Assembly: GCF_963921235.1 (NCBI RefSeq)
Contig: NC_086127.1
Span: forward strand, 3,286,001-3,350,000
Direction of reading: 5' to 3'
DNA length: 64,000 nucleotides
Source: Mobula hypostoma
Taxonomy: Eukaryota
Part shown: piece by piece, positions 13,328 to 25,302 of the stretch
Position numbering within the stretch: the stretch's first letter is position 1
Layout: every line of letters starts with the position of its first letter
The notes under the pieces: model-generated
Told to the model about the DNA's origin: nothing
Databases searched by the model: none
The model's input: only the letters and a program-made list of their open reading frames with translations
Translations under genes and position numbers: made by a program

Positions 13328-14522
13328 AGAACCACAGAACCATAGAACAGTACAGCACAGAAAACAGGCTATTCGGCCCTTCTCGTCTGTACCGAAACAT
13401 CATTCCGCTAGTCCCATTGACCTGCATCCAGTCCATAACCTTCCAGACCTCTCCCATCCATGTACCTATCCAATTTATTCTTAAAACTTAAGAGTGAACC
13501 CGCATTTACCACGTCAGATGGCAACTCGTTCCACACTCCCACCACTCTCTGAGTGAAGAAGTTCCCCTTAATGTACCCCGAAAACCTTTCCCTTTTCGTC
13601 CTGAACCCATGTCCTCTCGTATTTAGCTTTCCTCATCTAAGTGGAAAGAGCCTATTCACATTTACTCTGTCTATACCCTTCATAATTTTGTAAACCTCTA
13701 TCTAATTTCCCCTCATTCTTCTACGCTCCAAAGAATAAAGTCCTAACTTGTTCAATCTTTCCCTGTAACTCAACTCCTCAAGACAAGGCAACATCGTAGT
13801 AAATCTTCTCTGCACTTTTCCAATCTGACTGATATCCTTCCTATAGTTAGGTGACCAGAACTGCACACAACACTCCAAAGTTGGCCTCACCAATGTCTTA
13901 TACAACCTCTCCATAACATCACAACTCCTAAACTCAGTACTTTGATTTATGAATGCTAGGATGCCAAAAGCCTTCGTTACAACCCTGTCTGCCTGGGAAT
14001 TATGTATCTGAACTCGCAGACCTCTTTGTTCCTCCGCACTCCTCAGTGCCCTACCATTTACTGTGAATGTCCTAACTTGATTTGTCCTTCCAAAATGCAC
14101 CACCTCACACTTGTCTGCATTAAATTCCATCTGCCATTTTCTGGCGCATTTTTCCATTTGGTCCAGATCCGTCTGCAAGCTTTGAAAGCCTACTTCGCTG
14201 TCCACAACGCCTCCAATCTTACTGTCATCGGCAAACTTGCTGATCCAATTATTCACATTTTTATCCAGATCAGTGATATAGACAACAAACAACAATGGTC
14301 CCAGCCCGGATCCTTGAGGCACAGCACTAGTCACATGCCTCCTGTCTGATAAGCAATCATCCACTACCACTCTCTGTCTTCCCCCATACAGCCAATTTCC
14401 AATCCAGTTTACAACCTCTCCATAGATACCTTCTGAACTAAGCTCCCATGTGGGAATTTGTCAAAGGCCTTACTAAAGTCCATGTGGACAACATCCACAG
14501 CCTTTCCTTCTTCGACTTTCTT
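13328..14522 (-). mobile_element. CR1 LINE, 5'-truncated, RT C-terminal half plus 3' UTR
   Basis: ORF 13702-14370: SAVPQGSGLGPLLF..KFADDSKIGG..WQMEFNADKCEV..LYSLERRRMRG; octamer tail reads AGAACCACAGAACCATAGAAC on + at 13328. Confidence 0.95.
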
Positions 14523-15829
14523 CTCCCCACTGTTTTACGTCGTGTGTTCTAGCCAACAACATTGGTCCATACCCATCTGCGTCTCACTCCATCTGTATTA
14601 GACCTGGTCCTAGCACTTCCTCCGTCCTCCCCCACCGCGTGTCATTCCATTCGCTCTTCTCCAAGATGCATCACTGAATACTAGTTACGTTGAGTGTTTC
14701 TCTCGACTCTAGGTATCACGGCTCGAGTGTAAACCCCTCAGCGACGACCTGCGCCAGTACTGCCCAGACAGTGTCCGTCCGTCTTTACTGCCTCTGTGAG
14801 TTCTAGCCGCATTGTGTCACTCTGTCAGTACTCTCACAGTGTCACCCGGACAGCATTACCCGAAGACTATGACATCAGTTCTACCCCCCACCACCTCGCC
14901 CCGTCACTGTATCCGTGCTACACCACATTGTATCACTCCAGTAGTGTAACTCCTGTGTTTTGGCCTATGTCTACCGCGCCACAGAGTTGCACCCCTCTGA
15001 ATTTAACTGTATATCTGCTCCCCCTAATTGAGTCAGCGCATCAGTGTTACATTTCAAGGGATTACTCGTTTCGCACCATTTCATGTTCCCCTCCTTCCGG
15101 GTTCTCGAGCGGATAGACTGTCCATGCCTTACTTTGTTTATAATTCGTCTCCCTCTGCCTCCATAGCGTAAGACTGTGCGTATTCAAGCCCTTCACTCCA
15201 CCTCGTCCATATTAACAATGGCAACTACCTGAGTTACACCCATTTGCCCGTCTTTAGCCAGTATTACCTGAAAGAATTTTAGGTCTTTAACCAGTATTAC
15301 CTGAAAGAATTTCTGTGCATATATTGATCTCAGTCCCTTGCAAAAGTGGTCATTGTTCCTGTCCTGATCTCTTCCTTCGGCCGTTCTTTCATTATACCCA
15401 CCAAACGTTGTTTGAAAAATTTGCTCCTGAGTCTCACTTACTTACTTTAACATACAACCTGCATTTTGACCGCTGCAGCGATCAAAACACTGCGAAAACT
15501 GGCCTTACAAATGTCCTGGTGACTTCTTACAGCGTTGCCTTGTCACCCGTCAGCCTCCTTCGGCGCAGAAAACAGTCCCAGACTGCCCAGCCTCTTCTTG
15601 TGACTCTAGACCTACCCTTTGACATTAGTATACTTTTTACATCTTCCACTGTCTTGGCTCATTAATCTCCGTTGAACTTGTTCCAATGTCCAGACTTTGC
15701 TCACAGGGACCTCTGAAATGTGTCCCGACCACCTGAATCGAGTAATCCCTTGCACCACCATGATTCACCACTCACAGCCAGAGGCATGGGTCCAATCCCG
15801 AACTCGGGCACGGGATAATTCGGGGGACT

Positions 15830-16370
15830 CAGTTACAGGGGCAGGTTGGACAGACTAGTGCATTACTGATTTGCGTTTAGGATTCCAACAGGTGATCCTA
15901 AAGAAGTGCAAGGAATGATGAGAGGTATATTTAGGGTGAATGTGTAGTCCTTTTCTCATGGTTGGGGAATCAAGAAATAGAGGAGATGGGCTTGAAGTGG
16001 GGTGGGGGGGGAGGGGTAGTGCTTTGATCAGAAGCGAAATCGCAACCGTTCCACCGAGGGAGTGGTGAATTAGCGCCGATGGTCAGGTTACCTGTGTCGA
16101 GCATGTTACAAGAAAATAAAAGAAGTAGAATTGCAATATTTGAAAGGCACTCCGCAAGTACTTGCATAGGTAACGCTCAGAGCAGGTTTCCCACCCTGTG
16201 GTCAATGGACCTTCCGTTAATTGTAAGGGTCCATGGCGCAAATTAAATCCAAGTTTAGAGAGATATAGGCCGAACGAAGGCAAATAGGACTAGTTCAGCC
16301 GGGAACTTGTTTAAGGTGGGCAGGTTGGGCCATCCGTCCCATTTTCGTGCTGAGGTGCTCTATAATTCAG
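15830..16370 (+). mobile_element. Old degenerate CR1 3' fragment
   Basis: AGTTACAGGGGCAGGTTGGACAGACTAG..GAATCAAGAAATAGAGG..ATAGGCCGAACGAAGGCAAATAGGACTAG resembles the younger CR1 3' ends in this window. Confidence 0.55.
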
Positions 16371-17059
16371 TATTTTCTGTAACAAAGGGGAAAGGGTTAA
16401 ATGCTCGGCTCCTACTGACAGCCCGGACCTGACTAACGACCTGGGCCTCATAATGCTGAAATGTCGGAATGGTCCCATTGTGGAGAGGCAACTACACTGG
16501 AGGTGTTGCAGAGGAGAATCACAAGGAAGTTACCCCGGTCGGAGCCCTCCGGTTATGAGGAGAGGAGGAGACTGTTCATTCTGCAGCGGAGGAGCTTGAT
16601 CAGATGTTAGAGGGGAAAGAATATAATTGGGGAGGCAAGCAAATGCGTTTGAGAGTAGGGTAGCGTGTATGTCCACGAGCATAATAGGAGGCTCAGGATG
16701 TGAGCAGGGACATCACCCACCCTCCAATAGAAATGCGGTTGGAATCACGGGCGGATAGTCTGTAGGGGTGTTGAAGGAAGAACTCTCACAGCGAAATTAA
16801 CACCGAACTGCCCGGGGAGGAGAGGGAGGATGGTCACTTGAATTGCAATAGTCCCAAAGGCTGCGGGCGAAAGTCCGATAAGCACCCGGTCAGGGTGTTT
16901 GCAATTCTGTCCAAACCCTACCCTGGCCTCGAGGCTTGAAGGATCTCCCAGTTGCCTTAGAGTGTTGGAGGGGATCGGCGCTGCACCTGGATTCACGCTG
17001 AGCTAGGCAGTGGACGCCATGTGACCCTATTCCTTGCCATGCGTTTAAAGTGTGGGAAA

Positions 17060-17300
17060 GCAGGTCAATCGTCAAACGGGTCAATGCCGTCAAGGACGTT
17101 CCAATCCAAACCAGTCCCGTTTGCCAGCATTTGGCCCATATCCCTCCAACCGTCTGCAACATAGGCGGCTGTTAATCTTTTAAAACTCTGCATTGTACTT
17201 CCCTCAACCACCTCCCATGATATTTTATTGCACAAAGATGCCGCCCTCCGTGTCCAAAAAAAAAAATGACCAAGAGGGTCGGCTTCCTCCATAGAAACGG
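17060..17300 (-). mobile_element. Old CR1 3' UTR fragment
   Basis: CCAGTCCCGTTTGCCAGCATTTGGCCCATATCCCTC..TTGTACTTCCCTCAACCACCTCC parallels the CR1 3' UTR at 13400-13550. Confidence 0.6.
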
Positions 17301-17539
17301 ACCCTTTCCCCATACATCACATCTCCCCAAGAATCCAGACCTGTCTCTTCACAGGCTGGAATTAAACCTGGGTCACCGGCCCCCAGAAGGAACCACAGGC
17401 AGTTTGACCTGTCAGCTAATTGTGGGATTGTGACCGGACTGTTCCCACGCCCTGAATCCCGGATTTAATTCGAAAAAACTGGGATATTTTAGGTTTTAAA
17501 ATGTATATTTTTTTCTTTATACAATGCTGGATTGAAATC

Positions 17540-17726
17540 TTTAGGCCTTTGTCGAGATGTTTGTCTTTGCTGGGCCGTCCCAGTGGAACCGGTTCCCCCG
17601 GGTTTCGCCGCTCTCTCGCAAACAACTTTCTCCGCCTGCCAGATGCGACCCGGAGCTGAGGGGTGATGTAACCCTCAGTAAACGCAGTCAAGCGCGAGGT
17701 CATTGTGCAGTGGCGCTCAGGCGTGA
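17540..17726. other. Unidentified CpG-rich conserved non-coding element, copy 1
   Basis: About 86% identical by hand alignment (26 differences over 187 nt) to 61128-61313; no match to RNA genes I recognise. Confidence 0.85.
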
Positions 17727-18009
17727 GACCTCGATGTTGCCGAGTCACTCACAGGCTGAAACCAAATCCAGGGCCTGATTTTCAATACAAGATTCCATTT
17801 GTTTCAACCCTGGATCACAGTCGTCGTCCGTGCCCCGACCAGCCCGTGCGCCAACACTCACACCTCCCCCCATCCCCATATAGCTGCACGCACTGGCGGG
17901 CATTTTCCTTCATGGAGTGCGCGGATTAGAAACCTAAGCACAGGTGCTGGCGATGTCTGTTTTGTGTCATTAATCTAGCAAATGTAGTCCAGTCTCCAGC
18001 ACCCTTGAC

Positions 18010-18300
18010 TTTGGTGAGGACAGCAGGCCAACGCTTGCACCGAAGAGCGCAATCACACTGTAACTAGACCAGCCGTCTCTTCCAGCCGGTCAAGCGGCCC
18101 TGATAACAAGCCAAACGACTTGCATAATACACAGCAAGGTAATCACCTCGACAAGAAGGCAACCGGTCCACATGCAATGGAAGCTAGCAATATAACCGCC
18201 CTGCAGACAAGCCAGGCATTCCGAAACAAGTGTGCAAATCAGTGAAAATAAAAAAAACCTCCTGCAAAATTAAACCACCGGGAAATAAAGAAGTACACAA
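18010..18300 (+). repeat. Highly degenerate A/C-rich short-period repeat (CAACCACCCTGCA(A)GAC-like)
   Basis: Recurrent fragments (CAATCACACTG, AAGCGGCCCTG, TAACCGCCCTGCAGACAAG, AACCTCCTGCAA); similar to 62300-63750. Confidence 0.45.
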
Positions 18301-18599
18301 ACCTGTGAGTGGTCAATCAGAGAGTTACTTTCCCTCAGACTGGAAATGTAAAATAATGAAGCGTGGGAGGGAGGACTACTGTGGGAAGGCGTTATTAGGG
18401 TATCTGACAGTTAAGTCCCTTTCTACAGAGTGGTGGGTGCTGGAGCGGGCTGCCAGGGTGAGTTGCTGAAAGCAAGATCCAATGGCCAGAACCATTCACG
18501 CAGGTACCTGGAAGCGTTACTTGGCAGCTACTCTACCTACGCCCTCGATATTGTACCTTTCTCTCAATCTCTTCCATTCCCAGCCTCCTCCCTTCCAAG

Positions 18600-19330
18600 A
18601 GTACAAACTATCCACTGCAGCCCCTTGTCAGTGAAATGCCCCGTCTCGTGCATCCTGGTGAAATTTTCCCCTGCACCCTCTCCCGCGCAGTCGCGGCCTT
18701 CCTAAGGTCGGGAGATGATAACTAGGCACACTGTTCCAGATGTGGTCAAAACAGCGTTTGATAAGCTTGTCCGCCCTTACAATATGTCCTGCTCAGTGAA
18801 GTCACGTGTTATAATTTCCTGTTGCACCATCCTGGCATCCTCTGTTGCCATTCTCATGAATCCGTATGACATGTAAATCCTCCTTCCGTTTCTCCATTCA
18901 TTCCACAGGCCCTAGCCTTACTTGCTCTTAAAAATGCACCACCTCACGTTTTACAAATCTGAGCTGCCCCATGCTATTGCATCCCCAGCTTACAGTTACA
19001 GAGTCGCAGGGCAATCCGGCATGGAGACACACGTCCGTCAGCTCAAGCTGCCCATGCCGGCCAACTAATTTATTTCCCATTGCCCCACGTTTGGACGACA
19101 TCCACCATCATTTCATATCTGTGAACCTTTCTAAGTGTGTTCTTAAATGGTGTTCTTGTCTGTGCATCGATCATCTTCTCTGGCAACTCATGTGATATAC
19201 TCAGGGGTCAAAATAAAATCCTGTCAGGTTCGGATTAAATCTCTTCCCTCACTGCACCCTCTAAGCCTAAGCCCTGGGAGCAAAGCGACTGAGTGAATTC
19301 ATCTCATCGGTGCTACTCGTGGTTCCATGC
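18600..19330 (-). mobile_element. Old CR1 fragments
   Basis: CATCCTGGTGAAATTTTCCCCTGCACCCTCTC..AAAATGCACCACCTCAC parallels the CR1 at 13790-14110; a second decayed CR1 3' end starts ~18995. Confidence 0.6.
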
Positions 19331-19789
19331 ACCCCTGTAGCTGTTCATGAAGATGCCAACATAATAAACAGAAGGATTCCAAGCACAGCTGGTCGCAAGG
19401 TTCGTGTTACAAGCACAACCTTCCACCTCATCCCACCCAGCCAGTCTTGGATCGAAGTTACTAATTTGTATCGATTCCTTTTTAACGTCATCAACCCGGT
19501 TTCCAGTATTATTGGCTGTAAATTTCCAAAGGCCTCAGTGAGGTCCTTGTAAGCCATTGTGCCCTTGCTTACCTTGATGCCAACGTACGGCAATCCCTTC
19601 TCTTGACATTGGGCTCACAACGCTCCACACATTTCCTATCCCTCTGCCCGTCCAAACATGCAACATGGAGCGTCACGGCAAAGTGCAAGATTTTCACCCA
19701 CGATACAGAGACGACATTTTACACTACTCTGACATCAACCCAACTCTTCGTTCTACGTAGCTCTCCATTCTACTGCATATATTCATAGT

Positions 19790-21030
19790 TCAATGTAAAA
19801 TTACTATCAAAGTACATACAGGTCACCATATGCAACGCTGATCATTTCCTTGAGGGAATACTCAATGGATCCATGGAATAATATGTATAATGGAATCAAT
19901 CAAAGACCGCCCAACTAATCCTTTAAACCAGAGTACCGAAGAAAACAAACAGTGTAAATGTATCAGCAAGAAACAATATGCATAAGTAAACAAACCAGCA
20001 AACCAACAAACAAACAAATAAATAAGAATATGAGATGAAGACTTCTTCAAAATGAGTCCATTGCTTGTAGGAATATTTCAAAAAATGGGCAAGTGGAGTT
20101 CAGAGAAGCTATCCCCTTTGGTTCAAGAGCATAATGGTAGAAGGGTAGTAACAGCTTCTGAGGCGCTGGTACCTTCCTCCTGATGTAAGTAACGACGAGA
20201 GAGCATGCCCTGGGTGGTGATGTTTCCTGACGAAAACTTTTCATGTAAATGTGCTCAGTGGTTGGGAGGGCTATATCCGTGCTGTATTGGGCCGTATCCA
20301 TTACTGTTTGTAGGACTTTCCGTTCAAAGTCATCGGTATTCCCATACCAGGCCATGATGCAGCCAGTCACCATGCTCTGCACCAGTCATTTATAGAAGTT
20401 TGTCAAAGTGTTAGGTCTCCCACCGGAACACCGCAAACTCCTAAGGAAGTGGAGTATCTGCAGTTTTGTTCTTTTTTTTTTGTAATTACACTTACATGCT
20501 CGGTCCAGGACTCAAATTAAGAACCCCTAGAAATTTAAAGTTGCTATCCTTCTGTGCCGCTGATTCTCTGATGAGGACTGGCTCATAGACCTCTGGTTTT
20601 CCCTCTCCTTAAGTCTATAGGCATCTCCTTCATCTTACTGATATTAAGTAAGAGGTTGCAGTTATGACACCACTCAGGCAGATATACAATCTCCCTCCTA
20701 TATGCTGATTCGTCGCCACCTTTGATTCGGCCTACGACAGTGGTGTCATCAGCAAACTTGAATATAGAATTGGAGCTTTTCTTAGCCATGCAGTCATAAG
20801 TTTAAAACGGGTAGAGCAGGGAACTAAGCTTACAGCCCTGTGCTGCACCTATGCTGATGGAGATTGTGGAGGATGGAACCGAATGGGGCCTGGAAGTGAG
20901 GAAATCCAGGATACAGTTGCATAAGCATGTATGGATGCCAAAGTCTTCGAAGTTATTGATGGCATTGAATGCTGATCTGTAATTGATTAAGAGCGTTCTG
21001 ATGTATACATCTTTGCTGTCCAGAAAAGAT
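19790..21030 (-). mobile_element. Rex1/Babar-clade non-LTR retrotransposon, truncated and decayed
   Basis: ORF 20583-20789 FKFADDTTVVGRIKGGDESAYRREI..LLLNISKMKEM; ORF 20047-20382 MVTGCIMAWYGN..ERKVLQTVMDTAQ. Confidence 0.85.
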
Positions 21031-21169
21031 ATAATGACTGCAATTTTGGATTGGTCGTAGGACCCTTACTGATCAGAACAGAGATGAATGCTCTTTATCA
21101 ACAACAAATCAGCATTCAATACTGTCAATAAGTTCGAAGACCTTGGCTTCGATGCCCTTCTATACTCAA

Positions 21170-21870
21170 TGCCCTAACTGATAAAGGCTAGGTTGCCAAA
21201 CAGTTTCTTCACTTCCCTGTCTACCTTACCGCGCATTTCTACTCCTATGTCGTCCAGCTCTACAACAGAAACTCCGCTCATTTCTCTTCCCAAATGCAGC
21301 AGGTCGCTATTATCCGAATGCACTTCTTCGGTCGTCTTATTCAGCGGATCAGGATCCTATTCTGATTTCGGATAGCCTTCTTCATTCTCATTCTTTCTTG
21401 ATGCTGAGATGTCTTCCCTGAATTCTAGTCTGCGGTATATATAAAGTTAACCTACTGCCATAGTTTCTTTGTAAGAAAGAGCTCACGGCGACTATCCGCA
21501 CAGTTTGCGCCTGTTAACACTCAAAACACTCGACCGCATTCATTCCTTGGGGTTAGATCTAACACTGCCCCTCATCACTATGCACAGCACGCCTTCACTA
21601 TACTCAACTTTCCGGCTCTTCTCTATACTTCCGTATTCTTCAGCGTCTACAGCTCACCGCTTGTCGTGCCATCTGCAAACTCACTGATCATGCCGCCTAC
21701 CAAGTGAGACCCTGTCTAATGCTTTACTGAAGTCCACGCAGACAATACACTCTGCTCCACCTTCAGCAGTCACTTCTGTCACATCCTGAAGAAAGCCAAT
21801 TCTTTGTAAGACATGACCTTTCCGGCACAAAGCCACCATGACAGTCCCTACTGTCATTAGCAGATACTGT
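21170..21870 (-). mobile_element. Old CR1 RT-region fragments
   Basis: GTCGTGCCATCTGCAAACT (FADG, degenerate FADD), AATGCTTTACTGAAGTCCACGCAGAC (VDFSKA motif), ACAAAGCCA. Confidence 0.55.
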
Positions 21871-22149
21871 GGATTGAATGCCTCTGAATCCTCTCCAATA
21901 GTTACCTTGCCTTTAATGTAATGCTCGTTGACCTGCGCTTTTCGGTTTTGCCTTCCTCAAGAGAAGAGAAATATTGGATAGTCTCCAGTTCTCGGCTCTG
22001 GCTATGAGGATACACATATCTCTGCGAATGCAAGACCTGCTCTCCTGCCTACCACAATAATATGTATAGCTGGCATCAGATTCTGAATTTCTTCGTCTCA
22101 ATTCCCATCACGATGCCCAGCACCGAACGAATTTTCGGTCTAAAGCGAC

Positions 22150-22940
22150 TTGCAAGTATCTGGGCCGAGAAGTGGCACTTAGAGTTCAACCCAGATGAGG
22201 TGGTTCATTTTGGTAGGTCAAATATGATGACAGAATATACTGTTAATGGTAAGACTCCTGGTAGTGAGGAGGATCAGAGGAATCTTGGGATCTGAATCAT
22301 TAAGTCACTCAAAGCTGTTGCGCAGGTTGATTCTGTGGTTAAGAAGGCATACGGTGCATTGGCCTTCATCAATCGTGAGACTGAGTTTAGGAACCGAGAG
22401 GTTATGTTACAGCTATATAAGACCATGGTCAGACAGAATGTGAAAGCCATAGAAAGGGTGCAGGGGAGATTGACAAGCATGTTTCCTGGATTGGGGAGAA
22501 TGCCTTATGAGAGTAGGTTCAGTGAAATCGGTTTTGTTTTCCTTGGAGCGAAGAAGGACGAGAGGTGACCTGATAGGGATGTATAAGATGATGAGAGGCA
22601 TTGATCGTGTGGATAGTCAGAGGCTTTTGCCCAGGGATGAAATAGCTATCACGAGAGGGCCCAGTTTTAAGGTGCTTGGAAGTAGGTACAGAGGGGATGT
22701 CAGGGGTAGGGTTTTTTTTTTTTTTAACACAGAGAGTAGTGAGTGCGTGGAATGGACTGCGACGACTTTGGTTCGAGGCGGATACTCCTGGACAGGTACA
22801 GGGAGCTTAGAAAAATAGAGGGCTATCCGTAACCGTAGGTAATTTCGAAGGTAAGGACATGTTCGGCACAGCTTTGTGGGCCGAAGAGCTTATATTGTGC
22901 TGTAGGTTTTCTATGTTTCTATGTTTCTGTGTTCTATGTT
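22150..22940 (+). mobile_element. CR1 LINE 3' part with internal deletions
   Basis: WAEKWHLEFNPD, VKKAYGALAFINR, FSLERRRTRGDLI; ends in a (TTCTATGT)n tail at ~22908-22940. Confidence 0.92.
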
Positions 22941-22959
22941 GTCAGGAATTTAGGGAATG

Positions 22960-23362
22960 AATTTCTGGGAGAGGTCGGAAGGGCACGGACGTTATTCCTT
23001 ACAGTCCAAAAGACTGAGAGATGAACTTATAATTCTGCGTAAAATTATGAGAGCGTAGATAGGGTGTAAGAGGTCTGTCTTTTTTTCCAGAAAATTGGGG
23101 AATCCTGAACTAGAGGGAATAGCTTTAGCAGGACAGGGGAGACGTTTAATAAAAATTCGAGCAGCAACCTTTTGAGGTATCTGTGTGAAATCACCTACCA
23201 GGTGCTGGTTGAGGCAGATGAAATAACATACTTTAAAAGACATTTGGGCAGTTACATGTCCAGGAAATTGTAAGTTTTAGGCCATCGTCTTACAAACGGA
23301 ACGGACTTGAAAGGAGTATCGGCTAGTAAGGCCGAAGTGCCGTAACTCTCTATTATTCTATG
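22960..23362 (+). mobile_element. Old CR1 3' fragment
   Basis: AAGACTGAGAGATGAACTTATA..ACTAGAGGGAATAGCTTTA..TTTAAAAGACATTTGGGCAG..TATTCTATGA tail. Confidence 0.65.
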
Positions 23363-23599
23363 ACGTCGTGTTTTAAGTACCAGTACCCTTGGATATCGAC
23401 TTATCCCTCTCTGCTATCACCGCACGTGTGCTTTTCTTTGATATATAGTGAAACGACGTATTATTAAGTCCTTCGTTTACTTCTACAGGAAGGCATAAAT
23501 TCCTTCCTTTCTCCTTGAGGACCCCCTCCCAGAACACGCTTCAGCTTTTAATGAATATATAAAATGCACTGGGGTCCTCTCTGACAAGCAGCTTTTAGA

Positions 23600-24135
23600 A
23601 TGGTTTATAGGCCTCTTGATTCCCTATATAAATACTCCTTTGTTTCCATATACTACTCAAGTGCCCCTTATACAGTCCCTTAAACCTTACACATTCTTCT
23701 GTGTTTTGATTTTCAACTTGATTGTCAACATAGTCTGTTATTTCAGGTCCACAACCTTGCATCTCTGTTTGTTTCTCTCGTAAAGGAAATGTTACTCCTG
23801 AATTATGGCCTTGAAACAACTTGACTGTAAGGACAACTTCTTCAACTGTAAGGGCTGCTTCCTGGTCAAGACTTGTTTGCTTCTTCCTAGTGATGTTGAG
23901 ATCTTACCTCAGTGTAACACCTCCCCGAGGTCGAATCATATTCTCAACCATGACCATCTGCAAAGGTGCGCAGTTGTGCTCAGTATTCCCAAAATGCTCC
24001 CCTACTGAAAGACTGAACAGACGGCCAGGCTAATCTCTCAATATAACATCCTATATGACCTCTACGTTGTTGGACTTTCTACGTAAGGTGTCGATAAAAA
24101 CTCTTAAATATATTCAGTACATCCTGTCCCAGTTA
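23600..24135 (-). mobile_element. Old CR1 ORF2 endonuclease/linker fragment
   Basis: Minus strand near 24010-23975 reads SVGEHFGNTEHN, a degenerate form of the CR1 APE C-terminal GEHFGNSDHN motif. Confidence 0.55.
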
Positions 24136-24444
24136 ATCCTTTAGCAAAAAGAAGTCCCAAACAATACTGCGAAAGTTAAAGTGGTTGCTGGAAAGCTAAG
24201 AGATTTGACATGCGAAGCTAACAGAGAAAAGTAGACCAGAATCCACTCAAACGTGCGTTAGTTGCAGCTTGCACTGTCATAGAAAGTGAACTTTCGGGGC
24301 TCTGCAGGATTCGAGTGCAGCAGAGAAACCTTGGGTAAAAGTATCGAGTTCTGCTGAAAGGGAGACACAGGTAGTCAGGGTGGTGAAGAAGTCTTTGGGC
24401 ATGCCGGCCTTCATCAGTCATGTCCTGGAGTAAAAGAGTTGGAA

Positions 24445-24640
24445 GCACGAAATAATCTGCAGATGCTGAGGTCAAAGCAATACTCACAACACGCTGGAGG
24501 AACTCAGTAGGTCGGGCAGCATCCGTGGAAAAGATGGGTCGACGTTTCAGTCCTGACGAAGGATTCCGGCCCGAAACGTCGACCGATCTTTTCCACGGAT
24601 GCTGTCCGACCTGCTGAGTTCCTCCAGCGTGTTGTGAGTG
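24445..24640. mobile_element. Fold-back element built from Penelope-like terminal repeats, with probable TSD
   Basis: 67-bp inverted arms 24482-24548 and 24573-24639 (3 mismatches); flanked by GTAAAAGAGTTGGAA (24430-24444) and GTACACGAGTTGGAA (24641-24655). Confidence 0.88.
24548..24585 (+). ncRNA. Minimal type I hammerhead ribozyme motif
   Basis: CAGTC-CTGACGA-A-GGAT-TCCG-GCCC-GAAA-CGTC-GACCG: intact catalytic core and GTC triplet, one mismatch each in stems I and II. Confidence 0.8.
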
Positions 24641-25302
24641 GTACACGAGTTGGAACGTCTCGTGACAATTGTACATGACGTGAGTGGAAACACGCCTGCA
24701 GTGTTGTGTGTACTGTTGATGGCCCAGCTATGGTAAAGATGTCATTAAGCCGGAAGGTGTGCTAAAACGTTTCATGGGGATGTTACTGAGACTGCAGGGA
24801 TTGCGATATTAGGAGCAGCTGGATAGGACTGGGAGCGTACGAGGCGTAGATGATCCTGTAGAGTTTTATAAAATCACAGGGGTCACAGAAAAGGTGGTGG
24901 GTTGCAAAATTTCTATTCAGAATGGAGGATGCTGAAACTAGGGAGCAAATCTTGAAAGTGTTGTAGCATAACTGGAAGACAATCTAAGAGTCAACTCTCA
25001 CAGGGAAAGGGTGGACCGAGCTGTCAAAAGAAGTGGTTGAGGAAGTTAAAGAATGCAATACTTAAGAGACACCTGGATTTGTGCGTTGACATGAAGGTTT
25101 ATAAGCTTGTGGGCCCAGCGCAAACAAATGGGACCAGTACAGTAGAAATACCGGTCGGCATGGGCAAGTTGGGTCGAACGTCATGCTTCCCTGATGCATA
25201 AATCTGTAACTTTAATGAGGCATAATGATGACCACGTTGGTTGTCATCATCGCCGAGATGAGCTGCAGCTAGCTATAAACACTCTAGGATCTGATGGTTA
25301 CA

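Larger units (their letters stand above)
24290..25210 (+). mobile_element. Old CR1 3' part, interrupted at 24445-24640 by a Penelope-derived insertion
   Basis: AGGGTGGTGAAGAAGTCTTTGGGCATGCCGGCCTTCATCAGTC..GAGTTGGAA resumes after the insert and runs to GGCATGGGCAAGTTGGGTCGAA. Confidence 0.7.

Noticed and set aside
15768-15812. tRNA gene (B-box-like GGGTCCAATCCC)
   Set aside because: No cloverleaf or A box; at most a decayed tRNA-derived SINE head.
17557-17778. 73-aa ORF or coding exon in the conserved element
   Set aside because: The paralogue has a 1-nt indel leading to TAA and mostly non-synonymous differences in this frame.
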